Positions 38,171 through 49,544 of a stretch of DNA of 64,000 nucleotides are shown here, piece by piece. The stretch is from Lophium mytilinum (lineage: Eukaryota). The stretch lies in the NCBI GenBank assembly GCA_010093605.1, contig MU004192.1:380882-444881 (forward strand). Direction: 5' to 3'. Every line of letters starts with the position of its first letter. Position 1 is the first letter of the stretch. A program made the translations under genes and the position numbers. A model generated the notes under the pieces. The model worked only from the letters and a program-made list of their open reading frames with translations. It was not told the origin of the DNA and ran no database searches.

Positions 38171-38957
38171 CGTTTCTTCCGTTCGTTGTTACTGCATTAC
38201 ACGGAGTACTAAACTACCATGTCAAGTTCACTACACCAGACATGTGTGGTGGGAGAAGCAGCGAGAGCCGCTGCTCCTCTTCCATCCGGTTTTACTTACA
38301 AAGGTTTGCAAATGTTCAGGAGGATAGGCAACGACGAGAACAAGGTGAAGAAATGCACCTGAATTGCTAATGTGTTCTTGGATTTGACATAGTCATGAAA
38401 ATCTAGTCAATCGCCCTTTGCTTTCAAGTGGGAAGACTTGTGTTGTGTCGATTTACGTTGAACATATTTCCTATTCTTGACGCCCATGCTTGGATCCCGT
38501 TCTGGGCGCCTTTTTTGCTTTCCTCTTCCAGTTTTCTACAAATTGAGTTTCCGTTCCCTTCTATTTTGAAGATCCGACCTAACTTTTCGCCTCTGTTTTC
38601 CAAATTGTCCCAAGCTCTCTACGGGAGTTTAACGACGTATACTTTTTCCAGAGTGTGATGCGATCATAATCCAGCCCCTGCACTCTTTCAAGCATCAATA
38701 CCTTTCTCTCCTGAGGAAGACAAGTGTTGAGAAAAACCGTATTATCATGAAAACTTCAAGACGAACTTACGTATTCAGCGCCGGCCTTTCCTAATTGGGT
38801 TAGCGGACGAGTACAGCTACCTATAAATTGTATTTCTCACAACTCGTACGCCTCGGAGCAGCTTCAACCTCATCTGTAAACGACACCAAGACCTACAGCT
38901 CCTTAGGTGACAGATCATCACCCCGATCCATTTTGAAGACTATTCAAACCTTCCCCC

Positions 38958-39233
38958 TGGACCAACTCCTCTATTTGGATCAACTCCCCTATTTGAATCG
39001 ACTCCCTTGTTTAAATCGACTCCCTAATTTGGATCAACTTCCCGTTTGAATCGAATTCTTATTTGAATCAACTTCCCGGTTGGATCAAGTCTTTATTTGA
39101 ATCAGCTTCCCGGTTGGATCGAGTCAATATTTGAATCAACTTCCCGGTTGGATTGAGTCAATATTCCAATCAACTTCCCGGTTGGATCGAATCATCATTT
39201 GAATCAACTTCCCGTTCGAATCAAATCCCCATT
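38958..39233. repeat. Minisatellite: four 18-bp units, then 17-bp units organised as 34-bp dimers
   Basis: tggaccaactcctctatt / tggatcaactcccctatt ..., then tgaatcaacttcccggttggatc(a/g)agtc..tatt repeated with period 34 (39064, 39098, 39132, 39166, 39200). Confidence 0.9.
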
Positions 39234-39260
39234 AGACCCACTCTCGCAGTAGCTTCAGTC

Positions 39261-40573
39261 ATGGGAGCCGGAAAGGCAACCCAGAAACTGATTGGATTGG
39301 CGGCAAATTCCCTTGTATCTCCATCCAAATCCACTGGCGGAAACGGGAAGGAGGATGACAGTGACCAAACTGGGCAGGATGATTGCCACGAGCGAATCAA
39401 GGATGCTAGGAAGCGGTTGAGAGTATGCCAGGCCATAATCGCCCGTTTCGCTGCCCTTAGCAAACGTGAGAATAACAAAGGATGTTCTTGGAATTCGATC
39501 GAAGGCAAAGTCTTAGAAGAGGCGAACGCTCCTGTTGAGGGTATGATGAAACCAATCCTTTCACACAAGCTTCCTGAACTAGGACTAACATGATTACAGG
39601 AGAGAGTTGGAGCGGGATATGTGCAATCGCACAGGAGACGTGTCCAATCGCTCAGATGATCAACTTTAATCTGAGCATCTTCCTCATGATACTTACGGGC
39701 TATGGATACTGTGGCATGCTCACGGAAGAGGTCATGAATTCAATGCGCCATGGAGGCAAATGGCTATCCTCAACTTGGGACTGTATCTTGGCCACTTTCC
39801 CGGTGCCAAAAGAGACACAGGTTCTTCGAATCGACCTCAAAGACGGGGAAACAGGACCAAAGTTACGAGCTGACTTGGATGGCCAAGTGTGGTTTGTGTG
39901 TAACGACGAAAAGATGAACTGGTGGATTACGCTTTACTATCGACAAGAGGCAAAAATAGTCGAGTTCGTTTCGACCAGGGAGATTGGTAGGGAGTCACTG
40001 GAGAGCGTCCGACGAGCTGCAAAGGATCGGATTCGTCGCGAGCTCGGGGAAACCGTAAAGCTGATAGAGGGTTCTCCTATCAGGGTAAGTTACACGTGAC
40101 CGTTTACGAGGACATTTGTTGGACGAAAGCATGCTAACTAAAGACTCCCTTAGATGCACGTTTCTGAAGAGCAAAGAGCAAGCGGTCCTCTTGCATATGC
40201 AACGTTGTACGAGTTACTACACAACGTCGAGTTCTATAAACACCCCGATCCAAACGCCGATGTTGCGAGATATCACGCACTTTCATCAGCAGTGGCCAAA
40301 CAGCAGGCAGCGTACGCAAAACCGCTTGCTCAAAACACCCCGCAGCGCGATAAGGTTCGCCACGAAATGGCGAAGGAACCTTACGCTGCCTTCAATGACT
40401 CCACTCCTGCAAATCTCCGCAAGCTTGGATATAGTCAGGATGAAATAAACACGCACACAGCAAGTACCAGCATGTTCATCAAGGCAAGAAGGGACAATGA
40501 TCCTATCGAGGAAAAGATCAAGATGAGAGAGCAGTATCCTCTGGAGTACTACATTCGAAAGACGGAAGAGTGA
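39261..40573 (+). CDS. ~394-aa protein with a Ulp1/SENP (C48)-like domain lacking the catalytic His/Cys, 3 exons
   Basis: Canonical introns 39541-39599 and 40085-40153 (GTATGA/GTAAGT donors, CTAAC branch points) join three ORFs in frame (1,185 nt). Motif order LTEEVMNSMRHGGKWLSST / VWFVCNDEKMNWWITLYY...IVEFVST / SPIRMHVSEEQRASGPLAY parallels Ulp1 ITVRDFKTLAPRRWLNDT / IFTPINLNQSHWALGII...IGYVDS / CPQQPNGYDCGIYV. Confidence 0.55.
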
Positions 40574-40827
40574 GGGGAAAAGGATGACGATCTGGTGCAG
40601 GGTATTCAAAGCTGACAAGGGCAAAGTGACGGAGGGAAGCTTTGCTTCACGGGGAGGGCAAAAGTTATGGGGAAAAGTTATGGGCAGTTATCGACAAAAC
40701 TTCTTTGTCTGAGGAGGCTTGACGAGATGAGTGGGAGCACCAGCAAACAGGATGATTTGGTTCTGGGGTTTCTTAGTCCATGTGTCCACCAAAGCTATGA
40801 ATCAACATGAATACGGATTGATTTCAC

Positions 40828-40923
40828 TTTTAACTTCCTTTTCAACTTCCCCTATAGTTTCCCTTTCAACCTCCCTTTTGACTTCCCATTTGACTTACCT
40901 TTTGACTTACCTTTTGACTTCCC
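40828..40923. repeat. Tandem array of eight 12-bp units (consensus TTTTRACTTCCC)
   Basis: ttttaacttcct tttcaacttccc ctatagtttccc tttcaacctccc ttttgacttccc atttgacttacc ttttgacttacc ttttgacttccc. Confidence 0.85.
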
Positions 40924-40933
40924 GGTCTAAGCA

Positions 40934-41126
40934 GGGCTCGGAGTCAATCATTCAATCAATCGAGCCTATCATGCAATCAACCAATCCTCTCATTCAATCA
41001 ATGGAGCCTCTCTGAGTCGATTGAATTAATTGAACGCGCCAATGTTGTCAATATTGACGATATCAACTGGTATCTGTATTTTCAACCGATTCAAGCCTTA
41101 CAAATTGATTGATTGATTCCGAGCCC
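40934..41126. repeat. 193-bp fold-back element with 23-bp inverted ends (MITE-like)
   Basis: GGGCTCGGAGTCAATCATTCAAT (40934-40956) vs the reverse complement of 41104-41126, GGGCTCGGAATCAATCAATCAAT (21/23). It contains three 21-bp TCA.TCAATCAA units and the palindrome GTCAATATTGAC. No target-site duplication seen. Confidence 0.6.
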
Positions 41127-44100
41127 GGGTTCTGAGTCCCCTGCACCAAATTGCCTCAGACCTGGCCAGGTCCTACTAGGGAGAACTACGTCTAGTCTCT
41201 ACAATCACTTAGATCGTATGGTAACTCTTGAACGTCGAGATTTCGCCCTCAACTCGAAGTAGACGGACTTCTAGCTTCACATCGAATTTAATTCCCTTGC
41301 CAAGTTGCAACCAATTATATCTTGGACTATAGATGCTTGCCGTGTTACATTCACCGAGAACATACGTTATTAGACTCTGGTAGACCGCTTCGGACAAGAA
41401 GACACTCGCATGGGCAAGTTAAAGTATTAGTGCGGAAGGAGATTTAATCGTAAAGTGTATCGGGCGAAGTGAAGAGGTCGTCCTAATTATCTTCTTCCAG
41501 GCATTCGAAAACAAGTCCCCGTGCAGGGGACTCGCAAAGAGTGAAAACGGCGATTGCCCGAAGGTGATTGCTAAGAAATCAGCTTTCATCACGACTATCT
41601 GTCATGTCGCATCGGAGTTGCTTTTGCCCGTAGGTGGTTGGATGAGCCCAAAGCCCCAGGAAGATTTGACTAAGTAGGCAACGAGCCTGTTCGTGGAGGG
41701 TGTTGAGGACAAGGGCGCAAAGGTCGGGCAAAGTATTCAACAAATTCGCAGAATTTCCCCTTGTCGTGTTTCCCTTGTGTCTTGCGAGTTCGATTTTCAG
41801 CTTCTAGACAAATTGGATTTGATTTTGAGGGTAATTTTCTTGAGGAGAAGCCTTCTGCCATTCACCTTTCCACTTGAACGGAATCTTTGAGAAAGCCCAG
41901 ATGGGCAATGACCGGCTGGGATGCATACGACTCGACATAAGCGTAAGGCTTTTCATTCTAGGAACATTGATACTAAATCCAATTCAAAACCCAATCAAAC
42001 CCCCGCGCACGTTTGCTGGCGTATGGGCAAACGATGGTCCCCTTACCCTATTCTCTTACTCCATGTCGAAGGCCAATGTCCGATTCCGATTCACCTTTCG
42101 CGGCGTTTCCCTTGCGTTCTTGATTGCTTCTGTCATCGCTCCGTCGCTGCTGGTCAGTCGTCTAAGATCAGCAATCCAAACCTTCGACTAGAGCGCCTGC
42201 TTTTTCACGAAATTATACGATATCTTTAGGTGGACCAAGAGTCAAACGACTCAACATCTCTTCTGGATTGTGGCTGTGAAAGCATAGGGTACGGTCGACT
42301 ATACGATACGACCTGATTCTAATTTTCATTTTGATTTTAAAGTTTTCGCTTTAACCAGGTTTCGACTGTATTCATGCTCAATATATCTTGAATGAAAGCG
42401 AGGTGGAAGATCGAATTGACTGAGGTTATAAACGAGTGCTGGGGTGCTAGTCGACTTTATAGAATACCTTCTAAGAGTAAACTACCTTGCTAATGCGCTA
42501 ACTATGAGGGAGACGGGGTGTACGGCTCATCTCTGTAGTTTTGAAGCTTGAGAATCTCTTCTCCGTTTCTACACATCATTCACCAAAAAGCACTTTCTAT
42601 ACACCTTCCAAGTCTCAACGGCTACCTTACTGCGCCAGCTATGGCCGTAAAAGTCGTGGGCCTAACGTGTCGCTTCATAAATCAACTCTACAACATACGG
42701 CATGTTTACATGATGTTGACATGGTGTGGACGGCTTGTTAGAAGGATTAATCGGACCCATTGTGCCGTGAACTGCCTCTTAGGAAGCAACAGCATAAGAC
42801 CTTCGTGGCCGCCAATGTTCTAGTTCAGTACTAGCGTTAGAAGGCAGTCTTCACGAATCCAATCTCTCCCGTACTGTCACTGGCACCACTACACTCACCT
42901 GTCACATATCTTCACACCAACCACCCAACGATCTGCATCGACTACTGCACATGCGAGTCACGCGGCATGGCATCCCTCTAACGCAACTCCCAAAACGGCC
43001 TCGCCAACATGAACGACAGCAGCCCACAGACCACCGCTTGTTTCCGCGACAGCTGCCACGACGTTAATCCGAGACCCGAATCAGCACTCACCTTGCCATC
43101 CACTCCCTCCCTCCTCCCAACGTCGTCGTAAGCAGTACTCTCACCCAGCGCCCCAGCTAGGCCCTTTCTAGCACCCGTGCCGCGCATTGAAACAGGTCGG
43201 GGGTGCAACCACGGCTTCCATAACGGCAGCGGGTGCATTCGTGTCACCGAAGACGCAGCCAGAGGCTGGCTGTGATTCAGGCCAATCTCCACAATCCTCA
43301 TCGATGGGGAGATGTGAGGAGGGTCGGAGAGTCCGACTCGTTTCTGTACCCCAGTGGTTCGGGCGGGGTGTGGCGGCGTTGCATGGCATGACAGCGGGAG
43401 CTCAGTCGCTTTTCTTCATGCGAGGAACTGCACACACGTCGGATGGAGATGCAGATGTGGAGTCACCCATGAGAGTACTATACGGTAGGTTAGGGATGCA
43501 TTCCCAACGCCCGTCGGAGTGGGAGCCAAGTCACGAGCGCCTCACGCGGTTTGTCACGCCCGCGGTTGCACCGGCAGGCGTGCTGCGACGACGAGGGCCG
43601 TTGGGACGCTTTTCCTAAGCAGGGCGGGCGGGAGAAGGGCGGCAATGGAGGCAAAAGACGCATGGACGGGAATGGGCGGCTGAACGTGCAGCTCCCAAAA
43701 CGCTCGTCGGCGGGCGAGAAGAGGCAGAGGCAAGCAAGGCGGTGGCACAACGCGTGAGCGGTGCGACTGCGAGGGCAGCGGCGGGTGCAGAAGGGGATCC
43801 AGTGGGCGCGAAGATGGGACAGCGCGCACGAGGAAGCGCCGAAGAATGCGGCGCGTGGAATCTGGTGTTCGTTTTCCTGGTTCCTGACGTTTTCCTGGCC
43901 CTTTTGACGGCCGAGGCGGACTCGGCGAGGCACAGCGCAGTTGGCGATACGGTGAGAGAAGGCTCCACTCGCGCTCGTCTCGTCTGGAGTGGTTTGCGCG
44001 CGGAGGGTGGCTGGCGCAGCAGGCTGTCTTCTCAAGGGGGCTGGTGTTTTTCGTGACTCGGCCGCTGTCACGGTTACGCCGCACTGTCTCCGCGATGGTA

Positions 44101-44976
44101 TTCTCCGCCATGGATGGCAGGCTGAAAGGATGGGCCTGTCCAGGTGTTGCTCCAGGTGCGTGATGACGGCCTCCACAACCACCCCTCCACTCTTCGCTCC
44201 CCTGCCCGAAATGCCAGATCAGCCACCCTTATCGGACTATCGCCAGAGGCGCAGCAGCTTAATTGGCCGGCAAGGGTGGCATGGCCTCGATTGCGCACTC
44301 TCCGGGGCTGCTCACTGGCCGCAGAGGGGCACGTCAGCCGGCTGAGGCGTCCATTGGCCGGGATGGACGCCTCTCTTCTGGGCAAACGGTGGTTGTGGTG
44401 GTGCGGAGAAGGCCGAACGAGTGCCCCGCGGTTGAGGTGGCAGCGAGGAGCCGATTTGACACGTCTCCGGCCTCTCCAGCTCCACTCCAGCGCGTGTTTG
44501 CATTGTGAGGAGTTAGCAAGCCAGTGCCCAGTGCTCAGTTCGAGGCACAGAGCAGTCGCCATTGTCTGCAGAGCGGGCTGGGCGGGCGGCAGCAGATCTC
44601 GCGGCGTCGGCTTCGGCAGCTGCACCGCTTCAGGATGCCCGTGGGCGCCCTCTGCTCCTGATTTGCAGGAGTCGTCTCCAGACCCGTCGCCAGACTCGTC
44701 GGCTTGTCGTCCAGCTCGTCGATGCCAGCGCGCACTGCGGGGCTAATTGGACGCTGATGCACGGCGTGCAGAGTGCTAGGCCGGTGCTGGAGTCGTGTTG
44801 CTGACCGCCAGTTGCAAAAGTCTCTCGCTTGGCGTGCACGGCCTTGATCACTACTCTGCCCTCGCCTCCGACCCACGACGGACGAGCTCGACCCGCCATC
44901 CTCAACAATCACACCGCCAGAGCGCTCACCACCGCGCCCCAGCTGACCGAGTCTTATTTTCTCCTAAAACATCATC

Positions 44977-47358
44977 ATGGAGAACATAGATCTATCGACC
45001 GACGCCTTCCTGGCCTTTGACGCCTTCGACCCGAACAGCCAGCGATTCTACGGCCATCCCAATTCCTGGCCCGTCCCCGTCGACCACTCCATGTCTCACA
45101 ACCACTCCCACCAGCCTCAGCGGCGGCTCAACACCACCTCCGCCGTTGCGAGCTCGCAGTCTGCCACCGCCGCACCCCTTCAGACGAATGGCCTGCCCTT
45201 CAACACAGCGCTGAGCACTCAGCACGGCCTGCTGACGGACTGGTTTCAGCTCCCGCCGACTACGCAGTCTTACTCCCAGGACGCGCAGGACTACTCGACT
45301 TATGGCGGCGCTCTCCAGACCTCGCCCGTCGAGTTCATATCCACCTCGCAGGCCATGATGAACACCACCTTCTCTATGGACAACGCTTCCAACTTCATGG
45401 CCATGTCGGCCCCGATGGACATGAACCAGTTGACTCAGATGTCAGCCCCTTTGCAGATGGCAGACTTCAGACAGGACTTGCTCAACTACTCCGTCGACAA
45501 CAACGACTTGACGTCGACCGAGCTGGTGCCTGCCAGTGCCTCACCCGCCGAGACCTGGATGGAAGTCCGCTCGCTGTCGAGTATCAGCGACAATGGATGG
45601 AGCACCGTCGACATGCACGGTCACCGCCATTCCTTCGACTTGACGAACGACAACACTAGCAGCATGGCCGTCTCGAATCCCAGTCAGACCCTTCACCTCC
45701 GAACGAACTCCGAGTCGTCCCAACTATCCGAAGGCCCGCGGTCTGCCCACTCGTTCAGCAGCTACGAGGAGATGCAGTTCCCCATATCGCCCCAGTCTGA
45801 AGTCGAGAACACCCTGGATCTCGCTCACTCACATGCCTATGGCGTTTCGCACCACCACGACCATAGCCACGATCACGACTACTACTTCTACTCTCCCAAC
45901 CACTCCTCCGTCAGCCCACAGACCCAGCCCGCCGTACCAATACCGACCAAGCAGTCTCCGTCTGCCTCCACTTCGCCGACGACTTCCTCAACCAACTCGC
46001 CGCCCAGTGCCCGCAGAAAGAAGAGCCCTACCGGCAGCAAAGTCACCAAGACCATCGTGAAGAAGACGCCCTCGCACTCGACGAAGAAGGACCACTTGAC
46101 GGAGAAGCGTGTTGGCAGACGGCGAGGACCGTTGAAGCCGGAGCAGCGGCAACAGGCCCATGAGATCAGGAAGCTGAGGGCTTGCTTACGGTGCAAGTTC
46201 TTGAAGAAGACCTGTGATAAGGGTGACCCATGTACCGGCTGCCAGCCGTCGCACGCCCGGTTGTGGCAGGTGCCGTGCACGCGTATCGACATCAAGGACA
46301 TTGCCTACTTCATGAAGGACTGGAAGGCGGACTTCGAGCGTCACGTCAGCCTGGGCTTCTCGGTCGGCAACATCAAGGGATTCTCGCAACAGGAGCGCCC
46401 GCTCTACATCACCCACGGATACGGTTATTATCTGCCCATCAATGCTCGCGAGGTCTTTGTCCGTGACGACAAGTGCTTTGACGTCGATTGGGTCGAGTCT
46501 CTGCACGAGACACCCAAGGAGTTTGAAGTCAACACCGCTAAGCTTTCGGCCGGCATCGATGGAGTGTCCCGCGCGCTTCTTTCGGAGTACCTCGACCGCC
46601 ACATTGATGGTGGCTTCGAGCAATTCGTCGACGAGTACTTTGAGGGCACCTACTTCCTCACCGAGATCCTGAAGACTGCATACCGCTACTACCAACGGGA
46701 GAAGCTGCCCGTCATCCGCAAGGCTCTCAAGCTTGTCGTTGCGTACAACCTCACTCTTCACGTCACGATGGTTGACGGTCTTTCTGAAGAGGAACTCCGC
46801 ATCGGCAAGGTTGAGGACAACACTAGCAAGTTCTGTGGCAGGACACTCGCTCCCGTCATGATCAACTTTCAGGTCAAGTGCGCTTTGGCCGACATGTGGC
46901 GTGAGCTCCAGAAGGACGTCTTGGAAGAGCTCTCCGCTCTGTACTCCTCGGTGTACAGCGGTGACAAGCTTAAGAACTGGCCTACTATCTTCATGCTCGC
47001 AGCGATCCTGCTTGCGGTGTGGGAGTTGATGCAATTCGACTGCCACTACCGCGTGCCTGATCAAGGCGCCGTGGCCAAGTTCTGCACTGATATGGAAAGT
47101 ACTCCCGTCGGTGTTATTGTCGGCCTCTTCTCCGCCATCTCCCAGAAGCTGCCGGCCTTCAACGAGTGGGACACCCAGAAGCATCACCACCTGCTGAACT
47201 CCAACCCGGCGGTCTGCGACGCTATGACTGAGGTTAGGGCTCATGTCTCTAAATATGAGACCTACCTTAAGTCAAGGAGCGAGACCAAGTTCGACCGTAA
47301 CGACTTCGACTCCCTCTCGAACAAGTTCCTTTCGAAACTTGTCATCCGTGCCAACTAA
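44977..47358 (+). CDS. Zn(II)2Cys6 transcription factor, 793 aa, intronless
   Basis: ACLRCKFLKKTCDKGDPCTGCQPSHARLWQVPC binuclear cluster located centrally, preceded by a basic NLS-like RVGRRRGPL and a low-complexity N-terminus; ordered helical C-terminal domain. Confidence 0.9.
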   Translation: MENIDLSTDAFLAFDAFDPNSQRFYGHPNSWPVPVDHSMSHNHSHQPQRRLNTTSAVASSQSATAAPLQTNGLPFNTALSTQHGLLTDWFQLPPTTQSYSQDAQDYSTYGGALQTSPVEFISTSQAMMNTTFSMDNASNFMAMSAPMDMNQLTQMSAPLQMADFRQDLLNYSVDNNDLTSTELVPASASPAETWMEVRSLSSISDNGWSTVDMHGHRHSFDLTNDNTSSMAVSNPSQTLHLRTNSESSQLSEGPRSAHSFSSYEEMQFPISPQSEVENTLDLAHSHAYGVSHHHDHSHDHDYYFYSPNHSSVSPQTQPAVPIPTKQSPSASTSPTTSSTNSPPSARRKKSPTGSKVTKTIVKKTPSHSTKKDHLTEKRVGRRRGPLKPEQRQQAHEIRKLRACLRCKFLKKTCDKGDPCTGCQPSHARLWQVPCTRIDIKDIAYFMKDWKADFERHVSLGFSVGNIKGFSQQERPLYITHGYGYYLPINAREVFVRDDKCFDVDWVESLHETPKEFEVNTAKLSAGIDGVSRALLSEYLDRHIDGGFEQFVDEYFEGTYFLTEILKTAYRYYQREKLPVIRKALKLVVAYNLTLHVTMVDGLSEEELRIGKVEDNTSKFCGRTLAPVMINFQVKCALADMWRELQKDVLEELSALYSSVYSGDKLKNWPTIFMLAAILLAVWELMQFDCHYRVPDQGAVAKFCTDMESTPVGVIVGLFSAISQKLPAFNEWDTQKHHHLLNSNPAVCDAMTEVRAHVSKYETYLKSRSETKFDRNDFDSLSNKFLSKLVIRAN

Positions 47359-49544
47359 GCACCTCTCGAGCTCGGTGCTTTGCTTCCATCTCATCTTCTG
47401 ACCACACACATCATCACACCTCTTCGAAATTCTCCCTCCTCACCTATTACTACACTTCCGCTGCTCGACCATCATTAACGAATCACGGTCCCAACGTGTC
47501 AAACGACTGAAAAGTCTTCACTGAAACGACCCCATGGCTGAAACGAGAAAAGCACGATACTATTTATTTACGGAGCGGTACCATTCTTACGAACACGCTG
47601 CTTTTTTGATTCCCCGGCGTCTCGAACGTCATGTTACAAACGACCCGGTCGCCCACGATTGTGCTGGATTATCCACATCTCCACATTCTTAACCAACTAC
47701 ATTCCCTCCCTCTGGGGCGACGACGGACTATATTTCTTTTTGTCTTACGAACCTGCTCTTTTGGCGATGAGATCTCTTTTCATATGTGTTGATGATTTGA
47801 AATGGTCGATGATTGTGAATTTGCTCTGCACCTTGATCTTGTTGTCAAGCTACTACCTTTCTTCTACACTTATCGGACACACGTCCCGGTTAGCTGTCAT
47901 CTTTGGAACTACACGATTTATTTCCAATGTTCACTTCTCGTTATCCTTTGTCTCCTCGACTGGAGCTGGATTGCAAGGGATACAAAAGTCACATCTGTTA
48001 TATCGATGTGTCCAGTATCCACCTTTTTTCTCTCTTCAAACACCTACCACTCTCTGATTTCCGTTTTCTATCTCATCCAATCTCATAACCATGTTTGTGT
48101 TTCTGCATAGCGGCTACTTTTCAACGACGAGCGAGGAGATCTATGATATCACACACACCCATTCTGAACGAACGAAGAAAGAAGACATGAATGTGATTTT
48201 GCAAACCTCTTTCTGCTAGGTTTTTTCCGGAAAACTGGGGACGGCCTCACTAGCTGTTTCCAGGAGACTTTTACATGCGTTTCACGATCTGTATCTATGT
48301 ATGCTGCTTTTGCTTTTTGTTATTGGGCGGGATGGGATTGGGAGTCGCGGGACGGGCGATGCGGATTCTTCTGTAGGGAGGGGTTCGTGTCACGCGCTCG
48401 GAGGGGGACTCTGGGATGCATGTAGATGGCTGTAGTTTTATATGCAGCTTTACCTCTTCAACTCCATTTTTCTGATATAAACATCGCCCGTGAAGCCAAG
48501 ACACCTCGACTCATCAGCCCCACACCCCGAAGCGGCCGACGTGTTCTAGGCACCTTTTACCACCCCTTCTTCCACAAAACTCCGGTCCGCTATCCTCGCA
48601 AAAGGTGGCAACGACGCACAGAGAAAACCTCGGCCTCCGCCGTCCGCTCACGAAAATGTCAGCTCCTCGTTGCTCTAATAAAATTTCCTCTGGCTGAACT
48701 TTCGCCAAATGTCCAATACCCTATTCCCCCGTCTTTGCAACCACAGAGGATTCCTCGTAATCTAGTCTGCTGTCGAAAATTCTACGACGTGCTCTGCTAC
48801 CCCGATCCAAGCGAAGCGAAGCGAAACGGAACCCAAAACACACCGTCTGCAGTGCGCCCGGCGATCGCCCCAAAGCGGGTTCTATAGGCGAGCGAATGGG
48901 CAAGGGCATAGGTGCAGGTTCGGGGGTTTTCTTAATCACAGTCGCACAGAGGGATCGGGTGGCGGGGGATTATCGAGGCGGCGCTAGGGGGAATGGAGGG
49001 ACAGCATTTAGAGGAGGGGGTGGCGAGCAAGAGAGAGAGAGGGAGTAGATTTTATTGGGTGGACTGACGCCGAGCGTTGAGGGGGTGTGGGAGGACAGCG
49101 TTGAGGAAATTGTTCGATGGGGTTCGGGTGTACAGAGGAGTGGAGGGGGTGCATAAGAAGGCTTAAGTTTAGGGGGGAGGGTCGGTATCAGGGGACTGTG
49201 TATCTTTTCTATGTAGCTATTTAGCTAGTCCAGGATACAGTCTCTGAGATTTCCCATATAGCAGTAGAGCCATGACAGGATCTAGCTTCTACGCGTGCTG
49301 CAAAGCTCGAGAAGTGACACACCAGTCCAGCCCCTCCTGCAGATTGACTCAACAGTGACACAAAAAAACCCCCCATTATCGGTACCAGAACGCCATAACA
49401 GCCAGCCCACAGCCACAAAAGCCTGAGGTCAAACATCCGCCCCTGATCACCCTACCGGCCCAGTTTTCCGGAAGAACACCCGACGCCTTGAGACTTTTGA
49501 ACACAGGCACCATATAGAGAAGTCATTGAGAGACGTGGCAGGCA

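Noticed and set aside
39064..39233. CRISPR-like alternation of conserved and variable segments
   Set aside because: The variable halves are related to each other and to the conserved half, so this is a minisatellite. The context is eukaryotic with no cas genes.
22276..41203. Shared 13-mer GGAGAACTACGTC (22285 and 41180) with weakly similar flanks in both accessory tracts
   Set aside because: Matches of this length are expected by chance in 64 kb, and the flanking similarity needs gaps.
41134..41533. 13-bp inverted repeat GAGTCCCCTGCAC / GTGCAGGGGACTC
   Set aside because: Too short to call a TIR without a TSD or further copies.
43000..44970. Many overlapping 100-230 aa ORFs on both strands
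   Set aside because: Arg/Pro/Gly-rich with no domain motifs; expected from GC-rich promoter DNA.
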